Origin: Methanocellales archaeon | GTDB taxonomy: Archaea; Halobacteriota; UBA148; JAUWXC01 | Length of the DNA stretch: 64,000 bases | Direction: 5' to 3' | Assembly: GCA_030610945.1 (NCBI GenBank) | Contig: JAUWQV010000002.1 | Coordinates: 156,633 to 220,632, forward strand | Shown: piece after piece, positions 21,112 to 31,155 of the stretch | How positions within the stretch are numbered: the stretch's first letter is position 1 | How the letters are laid out: every line of letters begins with the position of its first letter | Translations under genes and position numbers: made by a program | The notes under the pieces: generated by a model | Database searches by the model: none | Told to the model about the DNA's origin: nothing | What the model saw: only the letters and a program-made list of their open reading frames with translations

Positions 21112-22170
21112 TTGAACCAAGAAGGCTTAAATCTCACTAAATGGATGCAACTGCCGAGGTACGTAGTTATAGGACATGATGCGATAAACAGCGTCGACAA
21201 GGTCTGTAAAGACCTTGGACTAGAGGGAGAAGCGATAGTGGTAACCGGTCCAACCACTAGGAAGATCGCAGGCGAGACCGTCGCTGACATAATATCAAGT
21301 GAAGGGCATGGCACCAGCATAATCGAGATTTTGTCTGCATCCATGCAGGAGGTTGAGAGGGTAAAAGAAAAGGCGAGCAATGCATCCTTTTTGCTCGGCG
21401 TTGGAGGCGGCAAATCGATAGACGCCGCCAAACTGGCATCCATGCAATTAAACATACCATTCTTGAGTGTCCCCACGGCTGCATCCCATGATGGAATTGC
21501 ATCTTCAAGGGCATCAATATCCCAGGGCAAAGGAAGCGTTTCGGCATCTGCGCAGGCACCGCTAGCCGTAATCGCCGATACAAAGATAATCGTATCTGCA
21601 CCATACCGGCTGCTTGCATCCGGCTGCGGAGATATCATCTCAAACTACACCGCGATAAAAGACTGGCAACTCGCGCACAAGTTATATGGCGAAGAGTACA
21701 GCGAGTATGCCACAGCCCTCGCCCAGATGACTGCACAGATTGTAATTGATGCAGCAGAATCAATCAAGCATGGATTCGAAAAATCTGCGCGAATTGTAAC
21801 CAAGGCGCTCATCTCTTCTGGAGTGGCGATGAGTATTGCTGGGAGCAGTAGACCTGCTTCCGGCTCGGAGCACAAGTTCAGCCATGCATTGGATAAAATA
21901 GCGCCCAAGCCGGCGTTACACGGCGAGCAATGCGGCGTTGGTACGATTATGATGATGTATCTGCATAACGGCAACTGGCGACTCATTAGAGATACATTGA
22001 AGAAAGTAGGAGCGCCGACAAATGCAAAAGAGCTCGGTATCGATGAGCATTACATCGTTGAAGCACTGGTACACGCACATGAAATTCGGCCGGAGAGATA
22101 CACCATTCTGGGAGATGGACTGACCAGAAAGGCAGCAGAAAATCTCGCGAAAGCCACCAAAGTGATTTAA
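21112..22170 (+). CDS. egsA: sn-Glycerol-1-phosphate dehydrogenase (archaeal lipid backbone synthesis)
   Basis: The ORF is 352 aa with [24 protein letters not shown], and SHD/HG metal ligands. The track start is TTG, and an ATG at 21145 is also possible. Confidence 0.9.
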   Translation: MNQEGLNLTKWMQLPRYVVIGHDAINSVDKVCKDLGLEGEAIVVTGPTTRKIAGETVADIISSEGHGTSIIEILSASMQEVERVKEKASNASFLLGVGGGKSIDAAKLASMQLNIPFLSVPTAASHDGIASSRASISQGKGSVSASAQAPLAVIADTKIIVSAPYRLLASGCGDIISNYTAIKDWQLAHKLYGEEYSEYATALAQMTAQIVIDAAESIKHGFEKSARIVTKALISSGVAMSIAGSSRPASGSEHKFSHALDKIAPKPALHGEQCGVGTIMMMYLHNGNWRLIRDTLKKVGAPTNAKELGIDEHYIVEALVHAHEIRPERYTILGDGLTRKAAENLAKATKVI

Positions 22171-22179
22171 GGTGTTTTA

Positions 22180-22632
22180 ATGAGCGGCACGAATACGAAA
22201 GTAACCCTCATAGGAAAAAGGCAAGCTATGATTGGAGCGGAATTCGTGTTCCTGGGCACGAGCACTGAGTGCAAAAACTGCAAACTAAGAAAGACATGCA
22301 TGAATCTCGATGCTGGAAGGAGATACGTAATAACAGGTTTGAGAAATGTGCAACACGAGTGTCCTGTGCATGAGTCTGGGGCAACTGTTGTCGAAGTGAT
22401 GGAAGCGCCAATTGTGGCAGCGATAGATGTCAAGAGAGCATTAAAGGGCGCCAAGATATCATTTGAAATGCCAAAATGTGATGAAAAGATGTGCAGAGCA
22501 TATGATTGTTGCCATCCGGCTGGGCTACAAAATGGCGATAAGTGTACGATTGTCAAAGTAGTTGGCGAGATGCCTGAGCATGATTGCAAGCGCTCACTCA
22601 AATTGGCCGAATTGAAAAGGTCTACTTCTTAG
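22180..22632 (+). CDS. UPF0179-family protein
   Basis: The ORF is 150 aa with the conserved cysteine pattern ECKNCKLRKTC...HECPVH seen in UPF0179 proteins of methanogens. Confidence 0.8.
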   Translation: MSGTNTKVTLIGKRQAMIGAEFVFLGTSTECKNCKLRKTCMNLDAGRRYVITGLRNVQHECPVHESGATVVEVMEAPIVAAIDVKRALKGAKISFEMPKCDEKMCRAYDCCHPAGLQNGDKCTIVKVVGEMPEHDCKRSLKLAELKRSTS

Positions 22633-23386
22633 CAACCTTCTTGGGCTTTGATGTTTTTCTTTGTTTTGTTGCCTTCTTTGCTGGCTTCTTGGATACTTTA
22701 GCCGCCTTTTTGACTTCTTTCTCTGCCTTTGGAACCATATGCTTCTCCACGTATTGGACTTCCTTGAGATTGGTATGGACTAAAACATCGTCAGCGATCT
22801 GCTTCTTCGATAACAACCAGTGCTGGTCAAACGATAATGCATATGGGACGCTGATAATAGCCGCGTCGCCCTTAACATCAACATCGAGATTAGTATGCGC
22901 ATACATCTCTATAAGCCCATTGATCTTGTTTTTAGTATCCTTGACTTGCTCCTCGATAGTGTAATCGTACACAACGGTTTGGCCTGCCAGAGGATGATTG
23001 AAGTCGACCCTTACACGCCGCCCTATGACAGTGCTGATGGTGCCCACTCTTCCATTTAGGTTAACCCTTGCCCCCATTATAGGCCTTTCCTTAAACTTGG
23101 TTATAGAAAATGTCTCGACCAATTTTGGGTTATGCTCCCCAAATCCTTTTTCTGATGGGACCTCAACTGTGCCCTTATAGCTGACGGCTTTGCCAATAAT
23201 ATCGCCCTCCAATCCTTTGACGGAATACCCTGAACCAACCACAATTAGCTGAGGGCCATACTTGACATTTTCATTGAATATATCCGCCTCTTTCGCAACC
23301 TTTTCGTCTGTTGCGTCAAAGACATCACCGTCCTTAACCCGCCCTGTATATGATATCTTGATAAAATCTCCTTTTTTAATCGGCAT
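22622..23386 (-). CDS. Long-type FKBP peptidyl-prolyl cis-trans isomerase with a Lys-rich C-terminal tail
   Basis: The ORF is 254 aa with an FKBP N-terminus (KGDFIKISYTGRVKDGDVFDAT), an IF-insert plus a C-terminal domain, and a KKAAKVSKKPAKKATKQRK tail. Confidence 0.9.
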   Translation of the reverse strand: MPIKKGDFIKISYTGRVKDGDVFDATDEKVAKEADIFNENVKYGPQLIVVGSGYSVKGLEGDIIGKAVSYKGTVEVPSEKGFGEHNPKLVETFSITKFKERPIMGARVNLNGRVGTISTVIGRRVRVDFNHPLAGQTVVYDYTIEEQVKDTKNKINGLIEMYAHTNLDVDVKGDAAIISVPYALSFDQHWLLSKKQIADDVLVHTNLKEVQYVEKHMVPKAEKEVKKAAKVSKKPAKKATKQRKTSKPKKVAKK

Positions 23387-23439
23387 GATATAGCCTAAAG
23401 CAATGCTTTATACTTCAAAGTTTCCATCTCTAGCATCAC

Positions 23440-23964
23440 ATGATCGAAGTTGAAATTAAAGCACCCATAAAAGATATAGGGGCGTTGAAGCGCAGACTGG
23501 AAGAGCTTGGCGCCCAATTTATCGCAGAAGAGGATGAAAGAGATGTATATTTTAATGCACCCCACCGCGACTTTGCCAAGACGGACGAGGCGCTGAGGAT
23601 ACGTTTCAGTAGAGATACAACGCTGACATACAAAGGTCCAAAGTTGGACAAAGTGAGCAAGACGCGCAAGGAAATAACAGTGCCAGTAGCAGATGCGGAG
23701 AGGGCAATGGCCATGCTTAAAGCGCTTGGTTTCGAAGAAGTTGCAACCGTGATAAAACGCAGACAGGTATATCGACTGCATGATCTCACCATATCAATCG
23801 ATGACGTACAAGGCCTCGGGACGTATATGGAAATAGAGGCAATAGTAGCACATAAAGAGTATCAACCAGCGCTCAACCGCATTTTTGAAATATTGCGCAA
23901 GTTGGGCATGAGAAAGGAAGACACAATTCGCGAGTCATACCTGGAGCTCATTCTACGTCGATGA
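23440..23964 (+). CDS. CYTH-domain protein (class IV adenylate cyclase or triphosphatase)
   Basis: The ORF is 174 aa with an N-terminal EVEIK motif, DEALRIR, and a later YMEIE motif. Confidence 0.88.
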   Translation: MIEVEIKAPIKDIGALKRRLEELGAQFIAEEDERDVYFNAPHRDFAKTDEALRIRFSRDTTLTYKGPKLDKVSKTRKEITVPVADAERAMAMLKALGFEEVATVIKRRQVYRLHDLTISIDDVQGLGTYMEIEAIVAHKEYQPALNRIFEILRKLGMRKEDTIRESYLELILRR

Positions 23965-24589
23965 AATCCACGTTTACCGCACCATTGAAGGTAATGACGG
24001 CTGCATATCCATCTGATGCTTTTCCCGGATTGACAATCGTCGTGTCCCCCACCTTCTTGACACCTCTCGCCTCGTGTATGTGGCCGCACACGACTAAATC
24101 AATTTGATTCAATATTTCCCGTATTGCTTCACTGCCAACGTTGCCGTGTGGTGTTTCGTCCAGCGTATTTCTTGGTGGCGCATGAGATACTAATACCATC
24201 CTGCTGGTGCGTGGCGTACGCAAAAGCAATTCTCTCAGCATTTCCCGAATCTCATCTTCCGAATACTCAAATGGCGTGTTGAACGGAGTTGGATTTGACC
24301 CACCCAATCCGATAAAGGTCACATCGTCCAATTTGAATGATGAATTATGAAGACTGATTACTCCTGATGACTTTATGGTGTTAAGCACTTCTTTTGGGTC
24401 ACAATTTCCTGGAATTGCTAATACCGTATTTCCTGCAAGGAGATTAAATAGCTCTTTTGCCTTTCCCTCTGGACCGAAATTTGTGATGTCTCCAACAACG
24501 AGAATCGCATCCACGTCTCCTGCTTTCTCTAATATGGGTTCAATCTTGGAGAAATTTCCATGTGTATCTGAAATGGCTAGTATCCTCAT
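23948..24589 (-). CDS. Metallophosphoesterase (MJ0936/YfcE-like)
   Basis: The ORF is 213 aa with MRILAISDTHGN, VGDITNFG, GNCD and CGHIH motifs. Confidence 0.85.
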   Translation of the reverse strand: MRILAISDTHGNFSKIEPILEKAGDVDAILVVGDITNFGPEGKAKELFNLLAGNTVLAIPGNCDPKEVLNTIKSSGVISLHNSSFKLDDVTFIGLGGSNPTPFNTPFEYSEDEIREMLRELLLRTPRTSRMVLVSHAPPRNTLDETPHGNVGSEAIREILNQIDLVVCGHIHEARGVKKVGDTTIVNPGKASDGYAAVITFNGAVNVDFIDVE

Positions 24590-24647
24590 GTTGTTCCCCC
24601 ATTACTGCATAAATCTATATAACTCCAGCGATAAGGAGTATTTTGTT

Positions 24648-24842
24648 ATGCCAGAAGAGATGATGCCTCAGGTTGTAAGAGCGCTTTCGGTTGGAACTGA
24701 ACTGGCTTTTTCTATAATTATCGGTGCATTTGTAGGATATGTTATTGGAAGTAAGCTGGGAGACAGATGGATTTTCCTGACGCTTGGCATCGTCGTAGGA
24801 CTCGTCGGGGGGCTTTATCATATTTATAAAACATATGGATGA
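24648..24842 (+). CDS. Small two-TM membrane protein (AtpZ/AtpI-like)
   Basis: The ATG at 24648 is preceded by AAGGAG at 24633-24638. The product is 64 aa with two hydrophobic helices. The longer track ORF (24375..) runs antisense through the neighbouring gene and is unlikely. Confidence 0.45.
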   Translation: MPEEMMPQVVRALSVGTELAFSIIIGAFVGYVIGSKLGDRWIFLTLGIVVGLVGGLYHIYKTYG

Positions 24843-24849
24843 ATGGTAG

Positions 24850-25254
24850 TTACCCGATATCAACTTCTATATACCCTTCAATCCCATTTACCAGAACAAC
24901 ATCACCATCGTGAATTATCTCAAATGGATTGCGCTCCAGTTGGTCCACCGCTGGAATATCGGATATGATAGCACCTATCGCAATTATCGCCTCACATCGA
25001 AGATTGATGATTGCACACGGCGCAACCCCATTTTTCTTGAGTTGATACATCACATATGATCCGACGGTAGAGCCCTTGCCATGCGGAAAAATCAGAACCT
25101 TGTCCTTAATTGAAATTCCTTCCAATTCATGCCCATGCTCGACGATTTGTCCTGTAGGCGGGTCAATACCACCGAGAAATGAAATCGGCTGAGATGTCAT
25201 CAGCGCTGGCCCACTTGCAATTCCTTTAGATATCGTCCTTCCTTTGACTTTCAT
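24850..25254 (-). CDS. Aconitase-X swivel-domain protein (DUF126), the phosphomevalonate dehydratase small subunit
   Basis: The ORF is 134 aa with SFLGGIDPPTG and FPHGKGSTVGSYV motifs. It lies directly downstream of the DUF521 gene. Confidence 0.85.
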   Translation of the reverse strand: MKVKGRTISKGIASGPALMTSQPISFLGGIDPPTGQIVEHGHELEGISIKDKVLIFPHGKGSTVGSYVMYQLKKNGVAPCAIINLRCEAIIAIGAIISDIPAVDQLERNPFEIIHDGDVVLVNGIEGYIEVDIG

Positions 25255-26403
25255 CTAATCACACGCAGTTTTTATGCAGTCCTCGGTGTTTGCAAGCATG
25301 GCATCAACGCCACACATACTGGGCAAATATTGCAAAGCCTTGCCGGAGTTCACCATTACCCTTTTAAATTTTTCAGTGGCAGGCGACACCACCATGCACG
25401 TATCGCAGATGACTTTGGCGCCACATTGCTCTATTCGCGTTACTGCCTCCTTATTCTGTTCCCTTACCCTGCGAGATGTGCAAATCCATAGTTCAGTACG
25501 CGCTTTTTTACCTTCCAGTAAATCCGCGATTTTGCTTAACTCAGCACCCGAGCAGTGCGGACAGCCAAGTGCAACTAAATCTGGCGTGTTGCCACCATAT
25601 GCTTTCTTGATATCCTCTGAGTCCACAGATATGCACTCTGTAGGCACGTCAAAATTGCCGGACTCTGGCGTGACATCCTTCACGTGATAAAGTGCGACCG
25701 CCCCTGAGGCCCCCAAGGCAGCGCCGAGCGCTTTGAGTTCATCCTTGCTCGGACTTAACGGCAATCTGAACAGAGGCACTTTATCACCAACTATCTTTCC
25801 AACTGCATATCCTAATGCGCCATAATCCGCGTCATGCAGTTCTATATCAACCCTTACCAGCACCTCTGGAGCCCTGTTTTCATCCAAATGAAGTCCGTAG
25901 CAGGGAGTTTTTCCAATGAGCGCTGCCGCCAGTGCACTTGGACCGGCCTCCCTATTTGTCCTCGCTCCCAAGACGGAGTTCGCATATGCCACCGCAGATG
26001 ATTCTGCCCAGGCAAGATGAGCGCCGAATGCAGGCGGATTGAGGTAGTACGGGGTACATGTGCACTCTAGGGAAACGCCGAGTCGCTCATAGACTTTTAA
26101 TATCTCTTTTTGCTTTGCCGCGAATTCTTCTGAAACGCCCATCTCACTCCATTTTTCCCTGTCCATCCCTGCAGGATTTAAGATGGCGGGGACTTTTACC
26201 CTGTCATCCAAACTTGAAATCCACTCCAAGCCAGCATCGCCTATAGTTTTATAAGAAACTCCCGATATTTGCGCACTCTCTATTTCAATCAAAGATTCGG
26301 CGCCATAGATATCACCCAATGCAACGAGTATTTCCATGGCTTTTTGTTTTGTTGCGCCAAACTCGCCATTGTAGATTGCCTCTTCCTCTTTTGTAAGATG
26401 CAT
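25255..26403 (-). CDS. Aconitase-X catalytic-domain protein (DUF521), the phosphomevalonate dehydratase large subunit
   Basis: The likely start is MHLTKEEEAIYNGEFG at 26403. The track ORF extends to 26541, where it would overlap the upstream UbiD-like gene. The Cys ligands match the AcnX family. Confidence 0.85.
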   Translation of the reverse strand: MHLTKEEEAIYNGEFGATKQKAMEILVALGDIYGAESLIEIESAQISGVSYKTIGDAGLEWISSLDDRVKVPAILNPAGMDREKWSEMGVSEEFAAKQKEILKVYERLGVSLECTCTPYYLNPPAFGAHLAWAESSAVAYANSVLGARTNREAGPSALAAALIGKTPCYGLHLDENRAPEVLVRVDIELHDADYGALGYAVGKIVGDKVPLFRLPLSPSKDELKALGAALGASGAVALYHVKDVTPESGNFDVPTECISVDSEDIKKAYGGNTPDLVALGCPHCSGAELSKIADLLEGKKARTELWICTSRRVREQNKEAVTRIEQCGAKVICDTCMVVSPATEKFKRVMVNSGKALQYLPSMCGVDAMLANTEDCIKTACD

Positions 26404-26410
26404 CTTGACC

Positions 26411-27676
26411 TCAAGCTTTTTCAAAACGGTTCGTAGCCCTCTCAAATTTTTCTTCACCAAGGGGCTTGGTAGCGTCAATGCCCATCTTGGTAGTCGTGCC
26501 ATCTGGTGCATTGCACGGGTCCAGTGATGAGCCTCTGACATGCGGAAGCATCATGATATCCCTATCACCTCTCACTCGTGTTGCCATCGCATATTCGACA
26601 TCGTTGGGGTCAAAGATGTTTATGTCGTCATCGACAACCATCACATGTTTCAGGCTGTGATGTGCGGAAAGTGCAGCCAATATCGCATTTTTGCCATCCT
26701 CTTCCTTCTGCTTCTCAATCTGAACAAGGGCGTGAAGATAGCAACATCCTCCTTCCGGCAGTATGACATTTTTCACCTTGGCGACCTTGCTGACCGCTTC
26801 GTAAATCTTCGGTTCATACGGCACGCCCATCAGAAGTTTGTGCTCACCCCCGGCGGGAAGAATGCCATGATAAATGAAATCCCTGCGGTGCATCATTCTC
26901 GTCAATTCTATCACAGGTTCAGTTCTCACAAGGTCATACGTGCCGGTGATGTCCACAAAAGGGCCTTCTGGGGCGCGCCTTGTCGGATGAATGTAGCCCT
27001 CCAACACGATTTCAGCATGCGGCACATGAACGCCATTCTCGCATCTAAATAGTTCAACCGGCACCCCTTTCAATGCAGAGGCGTAATTGAATTCCTCTCC
27101 GGGAGGTACCCTGGTGCATGTGGCGAATAATGTAATGGGGTCGATGCCTATCGCAATTGCTATTGGCAATGGCTTGCCCTGCTCTGATGCTTTTTTGTGC
27201 AGAAGATACGTATGACGTGGCGCCACCAGTCTCGCTATCAGCTCAGTCTTGCTGAGCACCATCAATCTATGTACAGACGCATTCATGACGCCTTCAAACT
27301 CGGACACAAGCACACCTGCAGTTATGTATGGTGCGCCGTCTTTGTCGAAGTGAGTCATTATGGGAAGTTTGCTCAGGTCCGGCTTGGAAATAACTTCCTT
27401 CGTTGGCGAGTTATCCACAATGGTCGTGCTGCCATTACCGACGTTGATAAGCCGGCTGATGATGTCTTGAGGAGGTGTATCCAACACCATAGCCAATGCA
27501 TCGCGCGAGTTTAGAAGGTTCATCACGGCCTTTGTGCCGTTCACATTATGGAACAGAATCGGTTGTCCTGCCTTTTTTGCCATCGCTGGCACTTCTAATT
27601 TGGGCGACACTGGCTCATGAACCTCCATTAACTTGCCGGCTTCAGCCAATTGTTGGATGAAACCTCTAAAACTCAA
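26411..27676 (-). CDS. UbiD-family decarboxylase (candidate anhydromevalonate-phosphate decarboxylase)
   Basis: The 421-aa ORF is UbiD-like over its whole length. It sits between ubiX and the AcnX genes. Confidence 0.85.
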   Translation of the reverse strand: MSFRGFIQQLAEAGKLMEVHEPVSPKLEVPAMAKKAGQPILFHNVNGTKAVMNLLNSRDALAMVLDTPPQDIISRLINVGNGSTTIVDNSPTKEVISKPDLSKLPIMTHFDKDGAPYITAGVLVSEFEGVMNASVHRLMVLSKTELIARLVAPRHTYLLHKKASEQGKPLPIAIAIGIDPITLFATCTRVPPGEEFNYASALKGVPVELFRCENGVHVPHAEIVLEGYIHPTRRAPEGPFVDITGTYDLVRTEPVIELTRMMHRRDFIYHGILPAGGEHKLLMGVPYEPKIYEAVSKVAKVKNVILPEGGCCYLHALVQIEKQKEEDGKNAILAALSAHHSLKHVMVVDDDINIFDPNDVEYAMATRVRGDRDIMMLPHVRGSSLDPCNAPDGTTTKMGIDATKPLGEEKFERATNRFEKA

Positions 27677-28227
27677 TGTATGCCCTCCCAGCGCTTGTAT
27701 AACTCGTGTTCTATGCCCAGAACATCAAGAATGCGCCCCACGATGAAATCGATGACATCAGAAACATTTTTTGGTCTGGGATAAAATCCGGGACAGGCAG
27801 GCAAGATCATCGCTCCCGCTTCCTTTACCCCAGTCATATTCCTCAAGTGAATAAGGCTGAGAGGCGTTTCCCTTGGCACCAAGACTAACGTTCGCCCTTC
27901 TTTTAGGCATATATCAGCAACGCGCGTGATTAGCGTATCGGAAATGCCGTTTGCAATCGCCCCTAACGTCTTCATGCTGCATGGTGCAACGACCATCGCG
28001 TCGAACTTGCATGAGCCTGATGCAATATCGGCAGCAAGGTCATCATTGGCGTAAACATGAGATGCAAGCCTCGTAACATCGCCAGCGCTATATCCAGTTT
28101 CAACCTCGATAATCTGCTTCGCAGTTTTAGAAATGATTAAATATGTCTCGTGACCCTTCAGCACCTCTAGCAATCGTATGCCATATTGTGCACCAGATGC
28201 ACCGCTTATTCCAATTACTACCTTCAT
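27673..28227 (-). CDS. ubiX: Flavin prenyltransferase UbiX
   Basis: The ORF is 184 aa with the motifs VIGISGASGAQYG, APCSMKTLGAIANG and LVPRETPL. Confidence 0.92.
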   Translation of the reverse strand: MKVVIGISGASGAQYGIRLLEVLKGHETYLIISKTAKQIIEVETGYSAGDVTRLASHVYANDDLAADIASGSCKFDAMVVAPCSMKTLGAIANGISDTLITRVADICLKEGRTLVLVPRETPLSLIHLRNMTGVKEAGAMILPACPGFYPRPKNVSDVIDFIVGRILDVLGIEHELYKRWEGIH

Positions 28228-29424
28228 TTAATCCCCTGATAATTTATGTTGAACGGGCGGTTTTCTGACGCTTAGTATGGTGCTTGCTGCCCCTCCCACC
28301 TTTTCCTTGTGTTCCTCTGGTGCATAGACGCCCAACTTCCAGTTGTCCCACTGTGCGTCCACCAGGATGCGAACGAGATGTGATATCTCGTCCAAGCGCT
28401 TCATTTCACCGTTGACCATAATCCTTGCCTTCATCTCAATCATCTCCGGTCTTTTAGGGATATCCAACAGCACATGACCTTCTGGAACACCAGATTCTTT
28501 AGCAATTTCGCTCTCCACTTTTCTGGCTTCGTCCCTGAGCTTCAGCATCCGCTCCACGTTTACAGAGTCCTTGCCTACATAGAGCGCTCTCTTGAACAAT
28601 CTGCGGTTATCCATACGCGCACATATTTCCTTGGAATAACCTTTGGAACTGCGTAGTAGTGCCATCAGTGCATAATCGTCCATTCTGCTCAACTCCACAG
28701 GGTCCAATCCAGAGCGGATTATCTCATCAATCGCATGCGCGAACATCGCCTCTGCGATCCTGCTCACATGGTGATAATACACGGTTGGATGCATCAAGAA
28801 ACGCGAGACAAGCAAGGATTCCGCTGCCTGAATACCGCCCTCTCTTATGACCAGTTGCCCTTCACAAAACTCCATTTCGTGTATCAGTCGTACGTAATCG
28901 ATGGTCCCATATGCTACGCCCGTATAATGGGCATCTCGAACCAAGTAATCCATTTTATCCACATCGATTTCACTGTTTATCAACTGCCCACAAGGAGTGT
29001 CCCCTTTGATAAGTTGGGCGATACGCACAGGATCCAGCAAATGTGCCTTTAGCACATCTGCAATTGCACCATTTGAAAGCAGCTCTTCCACATCATCATG
29101 GCTCTTGCCCGTATGTTGAAGTATCAGTCCCTCTGTGGCATGCGAGAATGGTCCATGCCCAATATCATGCAGCAATGCAGCTGCTCGAACTTCGTCTCGC
29201 TCTAGGCCCGTGACTTGCAATTGATCTAGAAGTTGATCTATAAGGTGCAACGTACCAAGCGAGTGTTCAAATCTGGTATGGTTTGCCCCGGGATAGACGA
29301 AGTTAGATAGGCCAAGTTGTCTGATACGACGGAGGCGTTGCACCTCTGGCGTGTCGATCAGTCCTAGTGCAAGCTCGTCCAATAATATGTACCCATGGAT
29401 AGGGTCCTTGACGACTTTCATCAC
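28228..29424 (-). CDS. HD-domain phosphohydrolase (SAMHD1/dNTPase-like)
   Basis: The ORF is 398 aa with DPIHGYI, RLRRIRQLG, RFEHSLGT, HDIGHGPFSH and DKMDYLVRD motifs. Confidence 0.85.
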   Translation of the reverse strand: MMKVVKDPIHGYILLDELALGLIDTPEVQRLRRIRQLGLSNFVYPGANHTRFEHSLGTLHLIDQLLDQLQVTGLERDEVRAAALLHDIGHGPFSHATEGLILQHTGKSHDDVEELLSNGAIADVLKAHLLDPVRIAQLIKGDTPCGQLINSEIDVDKMDYLVRDAHYTGVAYGTIDYVRLIHEMEFCEGQLVIREGGIQAAESLLVSRFLMHPTVYYHHVSRIAEAMFAHAIDEIIRSGLDPVELSRMDDYALMALLRSSKGYSKEICARMDNRRLFKRALYVGKDSVNVERMLKLRDEARKVESEIAKESGVPEGHVLLDIPKRPEMIEMKARIMVNGEMKRLDEISHLVRILVDAQWDNWKLGVYAPEEHKEKVGGAASTILSVRKPPVQHKLSGD

Positions 29425-29465
29425 CTATAAGTAGTGCTCCATATTATAACGTTTTTCTGATGGTT

Positions 29466-29681
29466 TCAATAGAAGTACATGAGTAATGCGCCGGTCAAGA
29501 TCAACAACAGGCCAACGAGACGCACAACATTATCGCTCCACTTCGGTATCCATTCTATCAACCATTCTGCGAAACCGATTCCTTTCTTCTTACACCAAGC
29601 AGGTGCTGCCAGTCTTATTATGCCTCCGATTATCAAGAGCGCACCGATAACATCCCAGACCGTGCAAGTTAGACAAACCAT
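29466..29681 (-). CDS. Small membrane protein
   Basis: The 71-aa ORF has two predicted TM helices. I recognise no family. Confidence 0.4.
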   Translation of the reverse strand: MVCLTCTVWDVIGALLIIGGIIRLAAPAWCKKKGIGFAEWLIEWIPKWSDNVVRLVGLLLILTGALLMYFY

Positions 29682-29847
29682 AGGATATCCTTCCTAGACA
29701 GTGTTGATTTTGACAGGACAGTACTTATCTGTTTCGTATTATCGAGCGGAGCGGTTGTGGAAAGATATACTTGGTGGCGAACTGCATCGACGAGATTTTG
29801 ATCTTATTTTGCAAAAATATTAAACCCATCACCATCCACTTAAATAG

Positions 29848-31140
29848 GTGAAGTGGCTGAACAGAATCTTTGGCAGGAAGGAGATAGCATCTACGATCAC
29901 CTTCGATGGAATAGATGCTTGGTTAGATACAATACCGGGAGCGCTATTTCGTGGTTTGAGTGCAAATGCCAGCCGGTTGTATGGCGAGATAGAGAAGATA
30001 TGCGACAGGCTTAAGCAAAACACCTCCGAGCTTCGGGATGCCGAGCCAACTGAGCATATACCCGCCCCTATCGCAAAATCGGGATTGGCCACCCGCAATA
30101 AGATGGTGAAACATCTCAATTATTTGGTCGAAAAGATGTCGATCCCGACCCAAACCGATTATAAAACGGTTTTATCCTTTCATAGGACAACAACCTCCCG
30201 CATGGATTTTGCACTGGCGATGTCGCGGAAGAACATCTACTGTGTTAGGTCCCTCTTTCCAAATGAGGTTGGAAAAGCCGTCTCAAATCTCGATCGACTG
30301 AAAATCCTTCTTAACCAACTTATCGCACCTCTCACGGAAAAAGAAAGTCAAATTATGGATTTGGATAGGGCGCCAGAGATAGTACGAAGTGTAAAAGGTA
30401 TCAAATCTGCAATAGATAGAGAAAAGGGGGTGGTTAACGATCGAGAGGAGGGAGCATTCGCACTCGAAAAGAGAATCGAAGTGGATGAGGAAAGAATGAG
30501 GATACTTGAAGAAGGGGAAGAGTGGATACAGTTCAAGGAACTTGAAACTAAATTATCTTCGTCAGAAAAAAAGTTGAGCATGCTTGAGTCAGATATCTAC
30601 AAGCTTTTCTCACCGATCAACAAAACGCTCAAACTCTTAAAGAAGCAGGATGAGACTGGGCGGTATACTCTCTCCCATAAAGACCGAAGAATACTATCCT
30701 CGATACTATCATCGCCAATTCATGTGCTAGATGAGAATCTTGCCGATTTTCTTCGCACCCTACAGAATATCATCGAAGGAGATATCCTCCCTCTAAAAGG
30801 ACGAGGGCGAGAGAAGGTAGTGAGATGGATAAACTCTCTATCAGATATTGAAATATCTTCTATCAAGAGGAGGCACGACTCACTGCAGTCGGAGATCGAA
30901 GAGGATAAAGGCCGACTTTCAAATATAACGATACTCAAAGATAGAAGGGAAATCGAACGAACAATCGTTTCAATTGAGGGGCAACTCACCCAATTACGAG
31001 AAGAGATAGAACGCTCGAAAAGGCACATAGCTTCGTTGGAAGAAGACCTCGCCGATGAAATGAGGTTATTAGTAAAAACTCTGGAGCGGATTGCTGGCAA
31101 AAAGATCGATGTTAAATTTGAGTTAAACCAAAATGTGTGA
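29848..31140 (+). CDS. Coiled-coil protein of unknown function
   Basis: The 430-aa ORF starts at a GTG. It has long heptad-like E/K/L/R-rich segments, and I recognise no catalytic motif. Confidence 0.55.
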   Translation: MKWLNRIFGRKEIASTITFDGIDAWLDTIPGALFRGLSANASRLYGEIEKICDRLKQNTSELRDAEPTEHIPAPIAKSGLATRNKMVKHLNYLVEKMSIPTQTDYKTVLSFHRTTTSRMDFALAMSRKNIYCVRSLFPNEVGKAVSNLDRLKILLNQLIAPLTEKESQIMDLDRAPEIVRSVKGIKSAIDREKGVVNDREEGAFALEKRIEVDEERMRILEEGEEWIQFKELETKLSSSEKKLSMLESDIYKLFSPINKTLKLLKKQDETGRYTLSHKDRRILSSILSSPIHVLDENLADFLRTLQNIIEGDILPLKGRGREKVVRWINSLSDIEISSIKRRHDSLQSEIEEDKGRLSNITILKDRREIERTIVSIEGQLTQLREEIERSKRHIASLEEDLADEMRLLVKTLERIAGKKIDVKFELNQNV

Positions 31141-31155
31141 AAGCCTTAAACTCAA

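Noticed and set aside
21054-21638. 194-aa minus-strand ORF
   Set aside because: It is antisense to the 5' half of the glycerol-1-phosphate dehydrogenase gene.
22632-22700. Lys-rich C-terminal tail of the FKBP gene as a separate histone-like or DNA-binding mini-gene
   Set aside because: The tail is in frame and continuous with the FKBP ORF, and no independent start or RBS is visible. It is treated as a C-terminal extension of the same protein.
24375-24647. Upstream 91 codons of the 155-aa ORF at 24375..24842
   Set aside because: This part is antisense to the metallophosphoesterase gene. An internal ATG at 24648 with a good AAGGAG RBS gives a sensible two-TM protein.
25255-26541. N-terminal 46-codon extension of the AcnX large-subunit ORF
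   Set aside because: The extension overlaps the 3' end of the UbiD-like gene by 131 nt and has no similarity to the family. The internal MHLTKEEE start at 26403 leaves a 7-nt gap and matches the family N-terminus.
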